A stretch of DNA of 43,651 nucleotides from an uncultured Dehalococcoidales bacterium (GTDB lineage: Bacteria > Chloroflexota > Dehalococcoidia > GIF9 > AB-539-J10), in the NCBI GenBank assembly GCA_964633085.1, contig CAZWDC010000019.1, positions 1 through 43,651 on the forward strand, read 5' to 3'. A program made the translations under genes and the position numbers. The notes beneath the pieces were generated by a model. That model was not told the DNA's origin, did no database searches, and saw only the letters and a list, made by a program, of their open reading frames with translations. Every line of letters begins with the position of its first letter. Within the stretch, counting starts at the first letter, position 1. Positions 22,988 to 33,575 of this stretch are shown here, piece by piece.

Positions 22988-24505
22988 ATGGCAACCTTCG
23001 ATACGGGTGAAATAAAGTCCAGAGCAAAGGCCAACTTTACTGATGCCTGGGTAGCTACGGGCAAGCTTATCCCCACTGGCACGGAAATCGTTCTCACGAA
23101 GAAAGGCACACCTCACCTTGTTCGGGAATTAATTCAGAAATCCCGCCGGATTCTATTAGACCTCGGTTTCGATGAGGTCGAGAACCTTACTATATTGCCC
23201 GATACTGATGTAGTCAAACAGTATGGGCCGGAAGCTCGAGTGATTCTCGACAGAGCTTTCTACTTAGCCGAACTGCCTCGCCCCGACATCGGTCTGAGCG
23301 CCAAAAGAATAGCCGAGATAAAGAAAATAGCTGAGGAAATCGACATCGAAAAGCTTCAGACAATTTTGAGAAACTACAAAAAAGGGGAAATCGAGGCCGA
23401 TAATCTCATCGAAGAGCTCATCGCCGGACTGAGCATCACGGATTACCAAGCTACGGAGCTCCTCGATAAAGTTTTCCCCGAATTGAAAGAACTAAAGCCC
23501 CTGCCCTCCAACAAGACCTTAAGAAGCCATATGACGGCTACTTGGTTTCATACATTAGCAGCATTGCAGTCCCGATGCAATCGGGACAGCTTCCCGGTCG
23601 CTCTATTCTCTGTGGGTCCCAGGTATCGCAACGAGCAAAGAGAAGATGCTCGGCATTTGCGAGTCCACCACTCAGCCTCTATCGTGGTCATGGATTCTGA
23701 AATGTCTTTAGATGCGGGTAGGGCGATTACCAAGAATATCATGCAGCAATATGGTTTTTCCGACATCAAATTTGAGACCAAGATAGCAACGTCCAAATAT
23801 TATGCGCCGGGACAAGAGCAGGAGGTCTTCGTCAAACATAAAGGAAACTGGCTCGAGATAGCGGACATTGGAATGTATTCGCCGGTAGCGCTAGCGAATT
23901 TCGACATTAAATACCCAGTATTCAACGCCGGCTTTGGCATTGAGCGGCTGGGAATGCTTATCTATGAAGTAGACGATATCAGGAAGCTAGCCTACCCACA
24001 ATTTACCATCGTTGAGTATTCGGATGAAGAGATAGCCGAATCCATCACCTATATCGCCAGCCCTCAGACTGCTCGAGGGCAAGAAATAGCCAAAGCGATC
24101 GAGGAAACAGCCCGCAAATACAAAGACGAGATTGCTCCCTGCGAATTCTTGGCCTGGAAAGACGAATCTATTGAGGTGAAGGTTGTAGAAACGGAAGCTG
24201 GCAAGAGACTAATTGGCCCGGCTGGTTTCAACGAAATCTGTGTCGCCAATGGGACTATCTATAGCGATGTTGTGCCCTCAGGAGTATATACGGGGATAAA
24301 CTACATGCGTGCTATTGCCATGGGTGCCGCCGCAGCAATAGAAAGCAGCAACTATAACTTAATTTATCAGGTGAAGGGAGTAAGACATCTTTCTGACCTT
24401 AATCTCCAGATTCCCGAGGCTGTACGACAGCATATTGAAGGGCAGCAGAAGAAAATAGGAGTCGGTGGGGCAGTATTCGTGACTATAGATGTGAAGAAAC
24501 TCTAA
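22988..24505 (+). CDS. sepS: O-phosphoseryl-tRNA(Cys) synthetase (SepRS)
   Basis: About 505 aa from the ATG at 22988. There are long collinear matches to archaeal SepRS as I recall it: ...YKKGEIEADNLIEEL..., VFPELKELKP...TLRSHMT, PRYRNEQREDARHL, SKYYAPGQEQEVF, and FGIERLGMLIYEVDDIRKLAYPQF. Confidence 0.85.
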   Translation: MATFDTGEIKSRAKANFTDAWVATGKLIPTGTEIVLTKKGTPHLVRELIQKSRRILLDLGFDEVENLTILPDTDVVKQYGPEARVILDRAFYLAELPRPDIGLSAKRIAEIKKIAEEIDIEKLQTILRNYKKGEIEADNLIEELIAGLSITDYQATELLDKVFPELKELKPLPSNKTLRSHMTATWFHTLAALQSRCNRDSFPVALFSVGPRYRNEQREDARHLRVHHSASIVVMDSEMSLDAGRAITKNIMQQYGFSDIKFETKIATSKYYAPGQEQEVFVKHKGNWLEIADIGMYSPVALANFDIKYPVFNAGFGIERLGMLIYEVDDIRKLAYPQFTIVEYSDEEIAESITYIASPQTARGQEIAKAIEETARKYKDEIAPCEFLAWKDESIEVKVVETEAGKRLIGPAGFNEICVANGTIYSDVVPSGVYTGINYMRAIAMGAAAAIESSNYNLIYQVKGVRHLSDLNLQIPEAVRQHIEGQQKKIGVGGAVFVTIDVKKL

Positions 24506-24566
24506 ATACTAATATCTAAATCCTAATGTACTAGGATAACAAGATATTGTAATGTGAGGGAACACT

Positions 24567-24899
24567 ATGGATATCAAGATGTTGCCAGTATATTTTGTGA
24601 TTGGCGGAGCTGTAGTCGCTGCCGCAACTTACTTCGGAAGTCACGCAAAAAGTCTGCTGGCGGCATTTATTGCCTTCTTCCCCGCTGTCAGCGTGGTAAC
24701 TATTTGCAGTATATACCTGGCTAGTGGAACACAAGCTGCTGTTTCCTATACCAAAAGTATGCTAATACTATTGCCACCCTGGGTGCTCTATGTCATTGCT
24801 GTGATGTTTCTTTTGCCCCGCATTGGCTTAGCCGGCTCACTCCTTGTGGGCGTGGCAACATATTCGGTAATAGCACTCCTGATCATGCTGTTAAGGTAG
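24567..24899 (+). CDS. Small integral membrane protein (about 4 TM), unknown function
   Basis: 110 aa, almost entirely hydrophobic. It is located between sepS and pscS. Confidence 0.55.
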   Translation: MDIKMLPVYFVIGGAVVAAATYFGSHAKSLLAAFIAFFPAVSVVTICSIYLASGTQAAVSYTKSMLILLPPWVLYVIAVMFLLPRIGLAGSLLVGVATYSVIALLIMLLR

Positions 24900-25037
24900 C
24901 CTCACACTACCCAAATATTCCTGAACTCATCTAAGGGTAAACATTTGGATTTTTGTTCGACTTCTTGTTAGAATTGGCTCAGTTTGATTCTAGGATTTCG
25001 CGGTTGCCTTAAGTAATAAAGGTCAAGATTTGGGATA

Positions 25038-26141
25038 ATGTCATTGCGAAGGGAACATAAAGCGCTTATTAACCTCATGCCTTTACAAACAGGTGGCATG
25101 CTCACCGAGGCTGCCAAGGAGGCTTTGGTGGAATTCGGGGATGGATATTCTGTGTGCGACTTTTGCCAAGGAGTTTTATGTAATATAACCAACCCCCCCA
25201 TCCGAGACTTCGTCCAGAACCTCCTACCTCGCTTTTTGGGCTGTGAAGTTGCCACTATAACCCATGGAGCCCGAGAAGCTAAATTCATGGTGATGCATTC
25301 ACTAGCTAAGCCTGGGGATTCGATTTTAGTTGATGCCAACAGGCATTATACAACGGTCGTGGCTGCCGAAAGGGTGGGATTGAACATAATCGAAGTGCTT
25401 CATTCCGGACATCCGGAATTTAGAGTCGACGTCAACGAATATGAGCCACTCATAAAAAAACATGCCCCTAAGCTGATTCTATTGACTTATCCTGATGGCA
25501 ATTATGGAAATCTTCCTGACGCCAGAAAGTTAGGAGAAATCGCTCAAGAATACAATATCCCTTATATCCTTAACGGGGCATATGCTGTAGGCAGAATGCC
25601 GATAAGCATGGAAGAGATGAAGGCTGATTTTATTATTGGCAGTGGGCACAAGAGCATGGCCTCGGCAGGACCTGTAGGGGTATTGGGAATGAAGAAGAAA
25701 TGGGAAGAGATAGTGTTGAGAAAATCGGGCATACATAGCAACAAAGAGATTGAACTCCTGGGTTGCACTGTAAGGGGCGTCCCTTTGATAACACTCATAG
25801 CTTCCTTTCCCCAGGTAAAAGAAAGAGTTCAGCATTGGGATGAACAGGTGTCTAAGGCACAGTGGTTTTCTGCCGAACTTGAGAAATTAGGCTTTATACA
25901 ATTGGGGGAAAAACCACATAGGCATGACTTGCTGCACTTTGACGCCCCGGCACTCTATGAAATCTCCAAGCGAGTCCGAGAGAGGGGATACTTCCTCTAC
26001 AAAGAATTAAAGGAAAGAGGCATCTGGGGACCACAGCCAGGTCTGGCCCGGTCTTTCAAACTATCCACCTTTGCTGCTGATAGAGAGCAGCTAGGGTTGG
26101 TTATAGATTCCTTCAAGGCTATCCTAAATAAATATAGTTAG
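25038..26141 (+). CDS. pscS: Sep-tRNA:Cys-tRNA synthase (SepCysS)
   Basis: 367 aa. The translation contains INLMPLQTGGMLTEAAKEALVEFGDGYSVCDFCQG, the PLP lysine in GSGHKSMA, and a third conserved Cys in LLGCTVRG. Confidence 0.85.
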   Translation: MSLRREHKALINLMPLQTGGMLTEAAKEALVEFGDGYSVCDFCQGVLCNITNPPIRDFVQNLLPRFLGCEVATITHGAREAKFMVMHSLAKPGDSILVDANRHYTTVVAAERVGLNIIEVLHSGHPEFRVDVNEYEPLIKKHAPKLILLTYPDGNYGNLPDARKLGEIAQEYNIPYILNGAYAVGRMPISMEEMKADFIIGSGHKSMASAGPVGVLGMKKKWEEIVLRKSGIHSNKEIELLGCTVRGVPLITLIASFPQVKERVQHWDEQVSKAQWFSAELEKLGFIQLGEKPHRHDLLHFDAPALYEISKRVRERGYFLYKELKERGIWGPQPGLARSFKLSTFAADREQLGLVIDSFKAILNKYS

Positions 26142-26791
26142 CAGACCTGATAAAAAATCTCGGGGTGTCTTTCAGCGTGGGCTTTTTTCAACTGTTGGAA
26201 AGATGCTTGAAAGGGCAGAGAGGTGATATTATCCGTGCTCATGATTATAGCGTCCTCTCCGTCGCTTGAATAATACCTCAGGCGCCTCCCCACTACTTGG
26301 AAGCCATATTTTTTATAGAGTTCCTGAGCTATTTCGTTAGAAGCACGCACTTCCAAAGTGACCACGTTAGCATTCAATATCTGTGCTAGTTCAATGGTTG
26401 CGATGAGCAAACCTTCGCCTATGCCCAGCCGACGATAACCATTCCTGACACCAATGGCAATGATATGTGCCTCCTGCAACATCATCCAGAAACCAGTAAA
26501 GCCAACTATGTTTTCGGAGATACTAAGATGACGCTCACCAGTGAAGAGCCGTTTGAACCAAGGCAGCTTCAGCGCCGCTTGCGCTTCAGATTCTGAGGCA
26601 TCCCTTTTCTTACAAGCCACTACATAACGAACGGACGGATTATTAAGATCCTGTTTATAGGCTGATTGTGAGCGAAACACCCATTCACCAGGGAAAGCCT
26701 CCCTGTCAATCTGAACTACCTCGGGGATATCCTCATACCTCATAGGGCGAATAACATAACGTATGTCTGGCATCAATTGAAATTTTAGCAT
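26138..26791 (-). CDS. GNAT N-acetyltransferase (RimI-like)
   Basis: It has the acetyl-CoA motif RRLGIGEGLL and NEIAQELYKKYGF. The start is uncertain: ATG at 26791 or 26773. The track ORF reaches 26914 through repeat-like sequence. Confidence 0.7.
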   Translation of the reverse strand: MLKFQLMPDIRYVIRPMRYEDIPEVVQIDREAFPGEWVFRSQSAYKQDLNNPSVRYVVACKKRDASESEAQAALKLPWFKRLFTGERHLSISENIVGFTGFWMMLQEAHIIAIGVRNGYRRLGIGEGLLIATIELAQILNANVVTLEVRASNEIAQELYKKYGFQVVGRRLRYYSSDGEDAIIMSTDNITSLPFQASFQQLKKAHAERHPEIFYQVC

Positions 26792-26979
26792 AGTATCGGG
26801 GGTTTTAAGCCTAATCCCTTGTCTTACTGCGGCAAAAAATTGAGCGCCCCTGCCCACACGCCTTTCTGCCTTCAAAACCGCATTCCAGGGCGTAAGTCCC
26901 ACGAATAGCTTCAACGAAAACCATCATTCTGAACTCTTCCCATCCTAGCATCCTGAGACCTTCACTTTTGTCTTCACAA

Positions 26980-26997
26980 GCCCCGACTAGTCGGGGC
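26980..26997. repeat. Perfect 18-nt palindrome GCCCCGACT|AGTCGGGGC (member of the CCCCGAC hairpin family)
   Basis: The sequence is self-complementary. Related hairpins are at 5296-5312, 28421-28437, 28472-28503 and 29611-29632. Confidence 0.6.
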
Positions 26998-27054
26998 GAA
27001 AAATCTCAGCTCCACTCAAAGGTTCTTACTACCATACACTATAGAGCCTCACCG

Positions 27055-27087
27055 ATATTGACAATATAATAAGCCAATGCTATATTG
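27055..27087 (+). promoter_or_regulatory. padR promoter with overlapping inverted repeats (candidate PadR operator)
   Basis: TTGACA (27058-27063), a 17-nt spacer, then TGC-TATATT (27078-27086). Half-sites are ATATTG (27055-60), CAATATA (27062-68) and TATATTG (27081-87). Confidence 0.55.
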
Positions 27088-27120
27088 AAGGAGAAATCAC
27101 TATGCTAGTGAGGTGCGAGG

Positions 27121-27456
27121 ATGAATTATGGACGTGAATTATTGAAGGGAAACACTGATTCCCTATTGCTTTCCTTAATTAGTCGTCAGCCTACCTATGG
27201 CTACCAAATAGTAAAGGAATTGGAGAAAAGGAGTAATGGGTATTTCCAGTTTAAAGAAGGTACTCTCTATCCCGCCCTCCACCGTTTAGAGCGAGACAAT
27301 CTTATCACCGGTAAATGGCAGATACTACCTAATGGACAGCAAAGACGTTATTACTACATAACTGAAAAGGGAAAGCAGGTCCTAGCTAAAAGGTTAGCCA
27401 CTTGGCAGGATTTTTCTACGGCAGTTAAAGCAATTATACAAGCAGAAACAACTTAG
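27121..27456 (+). CDS. PadR-family transcriptional regulator
   Basis: 111 aa. The translation contains LKGNTDSLLLSLISRQPTYGYQIVKELEKRSNGYFQFKEGTLYPALHRLERDNLI. Confidence 0.9.
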   Translation: MNYGRELLKGNTDSLLLSLISRQPTYGYQIVKELEKRSNGYFQFKEGTLYPALHRLERDNLITGKWQILPNGQQRRYYYITEKGKQVLAKRLATWQDFSTAVKAIIQAETT

Positions 27457-27463
27457 GGCTAAA

Positions 27464-28357
27464 ATGCCGAGCAACATAAGCCATTATTTAAACAAGTTTA
27501 AAGCCAACCTCCAGATTGACCAGACTATAAAGGACGGCGTGGCTGAAGAGCTTTACACACATCTCGAAGAAAAAACTCGGGAGCTAGAAGAAAATGGGCT
27601 AACTAGCGAGGAAGCAAGCAAAATCGCAGTACAATCTCTGGGCTCCCCTGAACTAATTGCCCAGCAAATCTATGAAACACATGCTCAAGGTAGCTGGAAA
27701 GAGGCACTTTTCAGCGCCTTGCCTCACCTTCTGGTTGCTTTACTCTTCACTTCATATTACTGGCAAAATATCGTCTGCGTGTCAATAGTGTTAGCACTAA
27801 TCGTAGGCATGGCAATTTATGGTTGGCATCGAGGTAAGCCAATATGGTTTTTCCCCTGGTTAGGATATTATCTTATGCCAGTAATAGTTACTGGTATACT
27901 GCTGCTTTCCCTCCCCCAAGGTTGGGGCTGGATAGCAGCGCTTGTATATCTCCCCCTAGCTCTTTTCGTTTTTATCCATATAGTAAGACAAACTGCAAGG
28001 CGAGATTGGCTATATGCATCACTGATGCTAGCTCCCATGCTTGTGACATTCGCTTGGTTTTCATCCCTGGGTAAAGGCAATGAGCTTCTGGCAAGCGACT
28101 GGACAGCAAGGTTGCAAACAAATGCGCTTTGGATAGTTATTAGTTTCATTGCTCTGGCAGCAGCAACCATCGCCTTCATCCGCCTCAAGCCACGTAAGTA
28201 TAAAATTATTAGCTTATTAATTCCACCACTCGTAGTCCTAGTCGCGGTAATCACGGCAACCGGAGGGAACATCTGTTCCTGGAGTTGGCTGCTATTGCTC
28301 TTTTCTTTGTCGGCTTTTGCCATCCCGGTATGGATGCAAGCCAGAGCATACCAGTAG
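27464..28357 (+). CDS. PadR-associated membrane protein (N-terminal soluble helical prefix domain + about 6 TM)
   Basis: 297 aa. The N-terminus LNKFKANL...EELYTHLEEKTRELEENGLTSEEASKIAVQSLGSPELIA is typical of the sensor/prefix domain encoded after padR genes. Confidence 0.65.
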   Translation: MPSNISHYLNKFKANLQIDQTIKDGVAEELYTHLEEKTRELEENGLTSEEASKIAVQSLGSPELIAQQIYETHAQGSWKEALFSALPHLLVALLFTSYYWQNIVCVSIVLALIVGMAIYGWHRGKPIWFFPWLGYYLMPVIVTGILLLSLPQGWGWIAALVYLPLALFVFIHIVRQTARRDWLYASLMLAPMLVTFAWFSSLGKGNELLASDWTARLQTNALWIVISFIALAAATIAFIRLKPRKYKIISLLIPPLVVLVAVITATGGNICSWSWLLLLFSLSAFAIPVWMQARAYQ

Positions 28358-28374
28358 TCATCCCTAGAAGAACT

Positions 28375-28530
28375 GAAAATCCAAAATTCTAAACCCTAAA
28401 CAAGCTCAAAATTCGAGCCTCCCCGACGTAATCGAGGTTCAAAACTATCCTTGCTTGGATTTTGAATTTGTCCCGACTTTTCGAGGATGCTCGATGAAAT
28501 CGGCATTTGGGATTTAGTGTTTAGGATTTT
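28375..28530. repeat. Structured intergenic repeat, copy 3 (AAATCCTAAAC / GTTTAGGATTT family) with embedded CCCGAC hairpins
   Basis: The left end is gaaaatccaaaattctaaaccctaaac and the right end is catttgggatttagtgtttaggatttt. It lies between convergent genes. Confidence 0.55.
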
Positions 28531-28565
28531 AAAGATTTATGCGGTTAACCATAAAGAGCCAAGGA

Positions 28566-29600
28566 CTAACTCTGTTTCTGACCCCACAAGCTAGATTGAG
28601 ACTGAATATCCTTTTTGTAAGGCAGCCCCAGGTGTTCATAAGCCAGCCTAGCAGCTACCCTGCCACGAGGTGTCCGTTCCAAAAAACCTAACTGAAGAAG
28701 ATACGGCTCGTAAACATCCATAATAGTGTCAGCATCTTCGTTAATAGAAGCAGCAATGGTATCCAGACCCACAGGACCCCCGTCAAATTTGTCAATTATT
28801 GTATGCAGCACTCTATGATCTATGTCATCCAAACCCACAGAATCTATCTCCAGCTTGGAAAGTCCTTCCAGGGCCACTTCCTTGGTGACTACTCCATCTG
28901 CCATGACCTGAGCATAATCTCTGATTCTCTTTAAGAGGCGATTGGCCACTCGCGGGGTGCCTCTAGCACGCTGGGCAATCAAGACAAGCCCTTCCCTCCC
29001 TGCTTTCACATTCAGAATAGCTGCCGACCTCTCCAAAATCTTCTGTATTGCTGCCTCGTCATAGAAATCAAGATGGTATGTCATCCCAAATCTGTCGCGA
29101 AGGGGAGGACTCAGTAGAGCAAGACGCGTAGTAGCCCCAATTAGGGTAAATCGGGGCAAATTCAACCGCAAATTTCTAGCAGACGGACCTTTCCCTAAAA
29201 AGATGTCAAAAACAAAATCCTCCATTGCCGGATAGAGTTTTTCCTCAACCGCACGGCTAAGCCTGTGTATCTCATCAATAAACAGGATATCCCCTTCATG
29301 CAGATTAGTAAGAATAGCTGCTAAGTCTCCGGTGCGTTCTATCGCTGGCCCAGAACTAACTTTAATATTGACTCCCATCTCAGCAGCAATGATGTAGGCC
29401 AGGGTAGTCTTCCCCAAACCAGGAGAACCATAAAGAATAATGTGGTCTAGTGGCTCGCTTCTTTTTTGAGCAGCGATAATAGCTATTTTCAGATTATCTT
29501 TAATTTTCTCTTGACCTATGAATTCACTAAGGCGCCTGGGACGCAGGTCAAAGTCAATAAAGCTATCCTCTGCTGTTGTTTTACCTGAAACAAGCCGCAT
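28566..29600 (-). CDS. ruvB: Holliday junction branch-migration helicase RuvB
   Basis: The translation contains [16 protein letters not shown], the Walker [10 protein letters not shown], and DEIHRL. The start is ATG at 29600, or GTG at 29603. Confidence 0.95.
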   Translation of the reverse strand: MRLVSGKTTAEDSFIDFDLRPRRLSEFIGQEKIKDNLKIAIIAAQKRSEPLDHIILYGSPGLGKTTLAYIIAAEMGVNIKVSSGPAIERTGDLAAILTNLHEGDILFIDEIHRLSRAVEEKLYPAMEDFVFDIFLGKGPSARNLRLNLPRFTLIGATTRLALLSPPLRDRFGMTYHLDFYDEAAIQKILERSAAILNVKAGREGLVLIAQRARGTPRVANRLLKRIRDYAQVMADGVVTKEVALEGLSKLEIDSVGLDDIDHRVLHTIIDKFDGGPVGLDTIAASINEDADTIMDVYEPYLLQLGFLERTPRGRVAARLAYEHLGLPYKKDIQSQSSLWGQKQS

Positions 29601-29610
29601 CACTAAACCC

Positions 29611-29632
29611 TTGCCCCGACTTAATCGGGCAA
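29611..29632 (-). other. Hairpin in the 33-nt rpoC-ruvB spacer (CCCCGAC family)
   Basis: ttgccccgac-ttaa-tcgggcaa forms an 8-bp stem with one bulge. It is not followed by a clear U-run on the minus strand. Confidence 0.4.
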
Positions 29633-29636
29633 AATT

Positions 29637-32600
29637 TCACTGGCTCTCTAATTCTAGATTCGCAGTCTTCTCTTCATCGAGACTCCCCTCCTTCAATTTT
29701 TTCTCATCATCAAGACTCAGAGAGAGGAGCCGAGATGGGATGAGCTTACCAAGAATAACATTTTCCTTAAGACCACGAAGTCTATCTACCTTGCCCTTGA
29801 TGGCGGCATCAACAAGAACACGGCCGGTTTCCTGGAAAGAAGCAGCTGCTAGCCAGCTGTCCTTGCTTAAGCTAGCTCTGGTTATGCCGAGAAGCGCAGC
29901 TTGAGCTGTTGCTGGCTCACCTCCCTCAGCCAGCACCTTGGCATTTATATCTTCATAGTCAAATCGGTCCACTAACTCGCCGGGCAAGAGCTTTGTATCA
30001 CCTGAGGAAATAATTCTCACGTTGCTTAACATTCGCCGAGTAATGATAGCAATATGTTTGTCGTGTATAGTCACCCCTTGCGCACGATATACTTTTTGTA
30101 TTTCGTCAATCAGATATTGCTGGACTGCGTCTTTCCCCATAATACGCAAGATATCATGGGGGTCAATGGGACCCCTAGTAAGCCGATCGCCAGCTTTGAC
30201 CTTATCACCTGATCGAACTAGCAAATATGCACCGTGGGGGACGCTGTATTCTCTCTCCTCTCTCTCTTCATACCTAACACAAACGCGGTCACTTTCAATG
30301 ATGACTTGACCAGCTACTCTAGCTACTATAGATTGCCCAGCTTCACCACGGCCCCGACTTGCCGGCGCTGGTAATCTCTTTTTGGGCTTCTCTGGCAGAG
30401 AAAATAGGATACTACCAGCATCCACTGCTTGCCCATCAGTTACGGCTAGCTCCGCTCCCGGCGGAATTGGGTATTCATCCAAATAGGATTCAGAGCTGAT
30501 GACCTTGACTATGGTTGTTCCATCAGTATGGGTTACTTCGACTGTACCATCAATCTCAGAAATGATGGCACTGCCACTCGGTGTTCTAGCCTCGAAAAGC
30601 TCTTCTACTCGAGGCAACCCAGTAGTAATATCGACACCTACCACGCCACCAGTGTGAAAAGTGCGCAGTGTGAGCTGAGTTCCAGGCTCGCCGATGCTCT
30701 GAGCAGCGATAACTCCTACAGCAGTGCCGAGCTTTACCAATTGCTTCTTCCCCAGATCTCTTCCATAGCAGCTTTGACAAACGCCAAATCGAGAACGACA
30801 GGTGAGAGGCGATCTTATGTGCACTCGGATAATGCCCGCCTCGACAATTTGTTTCACCTTAAATTCATCAATTTCCTCATTCCTTTTAACAATGAGTGCA
30901 TTTGTACGGGGGTCAACAATCTCACTTGCCGCTAAGTAGCCAGTAATCCGTTCCTCGAATGGAGGAAGGGAGCTGTCAGCAGCTTCCCGAGATATCCAAA
31001 CTCCTTCGATGCTGCCACAATCTGTCTCCATTATGATGACATCCTGAGCAACGTCAACAAGGCGTCTGGTAAGATAACCACTATCTGATGTCCTCAGGGC
31101 AGTATCAGCTAATCCTTTACGTGCGCCATGAGTAGAAATGAAATACTCCATAGGTGTCAATCCGTCACGGAGACTCGATCTAATGGGGAAATCTATTATC
31201 CTTCCTGCGGGGTCATGCATCAACCCGCGTATCCCTGCCATCTGTGTAATTTGAGAAATATTCCCCTTGGCGCCCGATGTAGCCATCATGTAGACGCTAC
31301 CATAAGGGTCCAGCGCCCGGGATACATCCTTGGTAATCTTATCTGTAGCTTCCATCCACACCTGAACTGTTTTTTCATACTTTTCATCCTCATCAATCAA
31401 GCCGTGGTTGAATTGATCCTCGATAAGGCTAAGTTGCTCGTCGGCTTCCTTAAGAAGCTTGACTTTATTCGGAGGTTCTTCTATATCATTCATAGCGATG
31501 GAAATACCCGACTTTGTGGCATAGTCAAACCCCATTTGCTTAAGCCTATCAAGAACACCAGCTGCACCTTCATTACCCAACAAACGGATGCAATCAGCGA
31601 CTAATGCCCTTAAGGAAGCCTTATCCGCTATTTTGTTATAAAAGCGAAGCTGCGGCGGCAAGGCGTCGTTAAACAAAATCCTGCCCACTGTAGTACTTAT
31701 CTGCCCTCCATCCAAATCCCGATTGAATCGGGACGAAGGATCCTGCACGATGATTTCAGCACCAAGCTCAATAATGCCGAGTTCGTAAGCTAACTTGGCC
31801 TCATCAAAACTGCCGAAGAATTTTCCCTCCCCTTTCGCTCCAGGCTTTGCAATGGTGAGGTAATAACAACCCAGAACTATGTCCAGAGTAGGTGTTGCCA
31901 CGGGTTCACCACAACTTGGTAGCAGCATATTATAAGGACTAAGCATGTGTTCCCGGGCTTCTTTCACCGCTGCCCTGGACAATGGCACGTGGACCGCCAT
32001 CTGGTCACCATCGAAATCGGCATTAAAGGCAGTGCAAACCAGAGGGTGAATTTGAAAGGCATCTCCATCAATTAACACAGGCTCAAAAGCTTGAATGCTG
32101 AGCCGATGCAATGTGGGGGCGCGATTAAGCAGTACGGGACGCTCCTTAACTACTTCATAAAGTGCATCCCAAACTTCAGGGCTACCCCTTTCCACCAAAC
32201 GGCGGGCACTCTTCAGGTTATTGGCATAGCCATTCGCTATGAGTTTGTGCACAACCGAAGGCTTAAATAGCTCTAAAGCAACATAGCGTGGCAAACCACA
32301 TTGGTGAAGTTTGAGTTTAGGACCAACAACAATGACCGAGCGACCGCTGTAGTCTACCCGCTTACCGAGAAGATTCTGCCGAAACCGTCCTTGCTTGCCC
32401 TTCAGGATATCAGCAAGAGATTTCAAAGCATGCTTATTACCAGTGGTAACTGCGCGCCCTCTTCGGCCGTTATCAATAAGAGCATCAACAGCTTCTTGCA
32501 ACATGCGTTTCTCATTTCGGATAATTATCTCCGGCGCACCTAACTTCATAAGGCGGCGGAGACGGTTGTTACGATTAATAACTCTCCGATAGAGGTCATT

Positions 32601-33575
32601 AAGGTCACTAATAACAAAACGACCGCCATCCAATTGAACTATGGGGCGAAGCGCCGGAGGCAATATAGGAAGCAGGGTTAAAACCATCCACTCAGGCTTA
32701 TTCCCACTGAGTTTAAAAGATTCAACTAATTGTAGCCGTTGGCTGACCCTTTTATGGTATCCCCCTGATGTGCTACGGATTTGCTCATGAAGTTTCTGGT
32801 GCAAAGCATCCAAATCTATTTGCTTCAATATCTGTAGAATAGCCTCAGCTCCCATGCCAGCTTCGAAAATAGCACCATACTTGTCCTTAAGTTTCCTGTA
32901 TTCTTCTTCATTAAGCAATTTTAGCGGCTGAAGACTTTCTAGCTCTTCAATACCTGCTTTTAGCTCCTCCTCAAGTTTTTCCTTCTTTTCTACTAATCTG
33001 GCACGAAGCTGGTTTACCTCTTTTATCTTAAGCTCTTCCTCCAAACTCTGAGCTTCCAATTCCTCAATTTTCTTGCTGAGGCGCTCCTCGTGCTCGGCAA
33101 TCTTTCGGGTCAGTTCCTCTTCGAGGTGGCGAAGCTTCTTTTGCTTAGCCTCCTCATCAACGGAGATAACAATATACCGCGCAAAATAGATGACACTCTC
33201 TAAATCCCGTGGAGAAAGGTCAAGGAGCAGCCCCAGCCGACTAGGCACTAACTTAACAAACCAGATATGAGTGACCGGCGCAGCCAGCTCGATATGCCCC
33301 ATGCGTTCGCGACGTACGCTGGAATGAGCTACTTCGACTCCACATTTATCACAAATAACTCCCTTATACCTGGCCTTTTTATATTTGCCACAATGGCATT
33401 CAAAATCTTTAACAGGGCCAAAAATCTTCTCACAGAATAGACCATCTCTTTCTGGCTTCAACGTGCGGTAGTTTATCGTCTCCGCCTTAGTCACCTCACC
33501 GTGAGACCAACTCTTGATCTGTTCCGGTGAGGCCAGACTTATTCGAATACCATTAATGCCATCAAATTGAGACAT
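29637..33575 (-). CDS. rpoC: DNA-directed RNA polymerase subunit beta-prime
   Basis: It has the NADFDGD catalytic motif, the zinc-finger CHCGKYKK...CDKCGV, and other conserved blocks. The ATG at 33575 lies after GAGGGGGAAA. It overlaps the rpoB stop by 14 nt. Confidence 0.97.
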   Translation of the reverse strand: MSQFDGINGIRISLASPEQIKSWSHGEVTKAETINYRTLKPERDGLFCEKIFGPVKDFECHCGKYKKARYKGVICDKCGVEVAHSSVRRERMGHIELAAPVTHIWFVKLVPSRLGLLLDLSPRDLESVIYFARYIVISVDEEAKQKKLRHLEEELTRKIAEHEERLSKKIEELEAQSLEEELKIKEVNQLRARLVEKKEKLEEELKAGIEELESLQPLKLLNEEEYRKLKDKYGAIFEAGMGAEAILQILKQIDLDALHQKLHEQIRSTSGGYHKRVSQRLQLVESFKLSGNKPEWMVLTLLPILPPALRPIVQLDGGRFVISDLNDLYRRVINRNNRLRRLMKLGAPEIIIRNEKRMLQEAVDALIDNGRRGRAVTTGNKHALKSLADILKGKQGRFRQNLLGKRVDYSGRSVIVVGPKLKLHQCGLPRYVALELFKPSVVHKLIANGYANNLKSARRLVERGSPEVWDALYEVVKERPVLLNRAPTLHRLSIQAFEPVLIDGDAFQIHPLVCTAFNADFDGDQMAVHVPLSRAAVKEAREHMLSPYNMLLPSCGEPVATPTLDIVLGCYYLTIAKPGAKGEGKFFGSFDEAKLAYELGIIELGAEIIVQDPSSRFNRDLDGGQISTTVGRILFNDALPPQLRFYNKIADKASLRALVADCIRLLGNEGAAGVLDRLKQMGFDYATKSGISIAMNDIEEPPNKVKLLKEADEQLSLIEDQFNHGLIDEDEKYEKTVQVWMEATDKITKDVSRALDPYGSVYMMATSGAKGNISQITQMAGIRGLMHDPAGRIIDFPIRSSLRDGLTPMEYFISTHGARKGLADTALRTSDSGYLTRRLVDVAQDVIIMETDCGSIEGVWISREAADSSLPPFEERITGYLAASEIVDPRTNALIVKRNEEIDEFKVKQIVEAGIIRVHIRSPLTCRSRFGVCQSCYGRDLGKKQLVKLGTAVGVIAAQSIGEPGTQLTLRTFHTGGVVGVDITTGLPRVEELFEARTPSGSAIISEIDGTVEVTHTDGTTIVKVISSESYLDEYPIPPGAELAVTDGQAVDAGSILFSLPEKPKKRLPAPASRGRGEAGQSIVARVAGQVIIESDRVCVRYEEREEREYSVPHGAYLLVRSGDKVKAGDRLTRGPIDPHDILRIMGKDAVQQYLIDEIQKVYRAQGVTIHDKHIAIITRRMLSNVRIISSGDTKLLPGELVDRFDYEDINAKVLAEGGEPATAQAALLGITRASLSKDSWLAAASFQETGRVLVDAAIKGKVDRLRGLKENVILGKLIPSRLLSLSLDDEKKLKEGSLDEEKTANLELESQ

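Noticed and set aside
27102-27137. An 11-codon upstream ORF (MLVRCEDELWT) lies behind a GAAGGAG SD and overlaps the padR start.
   Set aside because: It may be a real leader peptide, but it has no conservation evidence. The SD could equally be noise, and padR has its own GAGGTG upstream. It is not reported as a feature.
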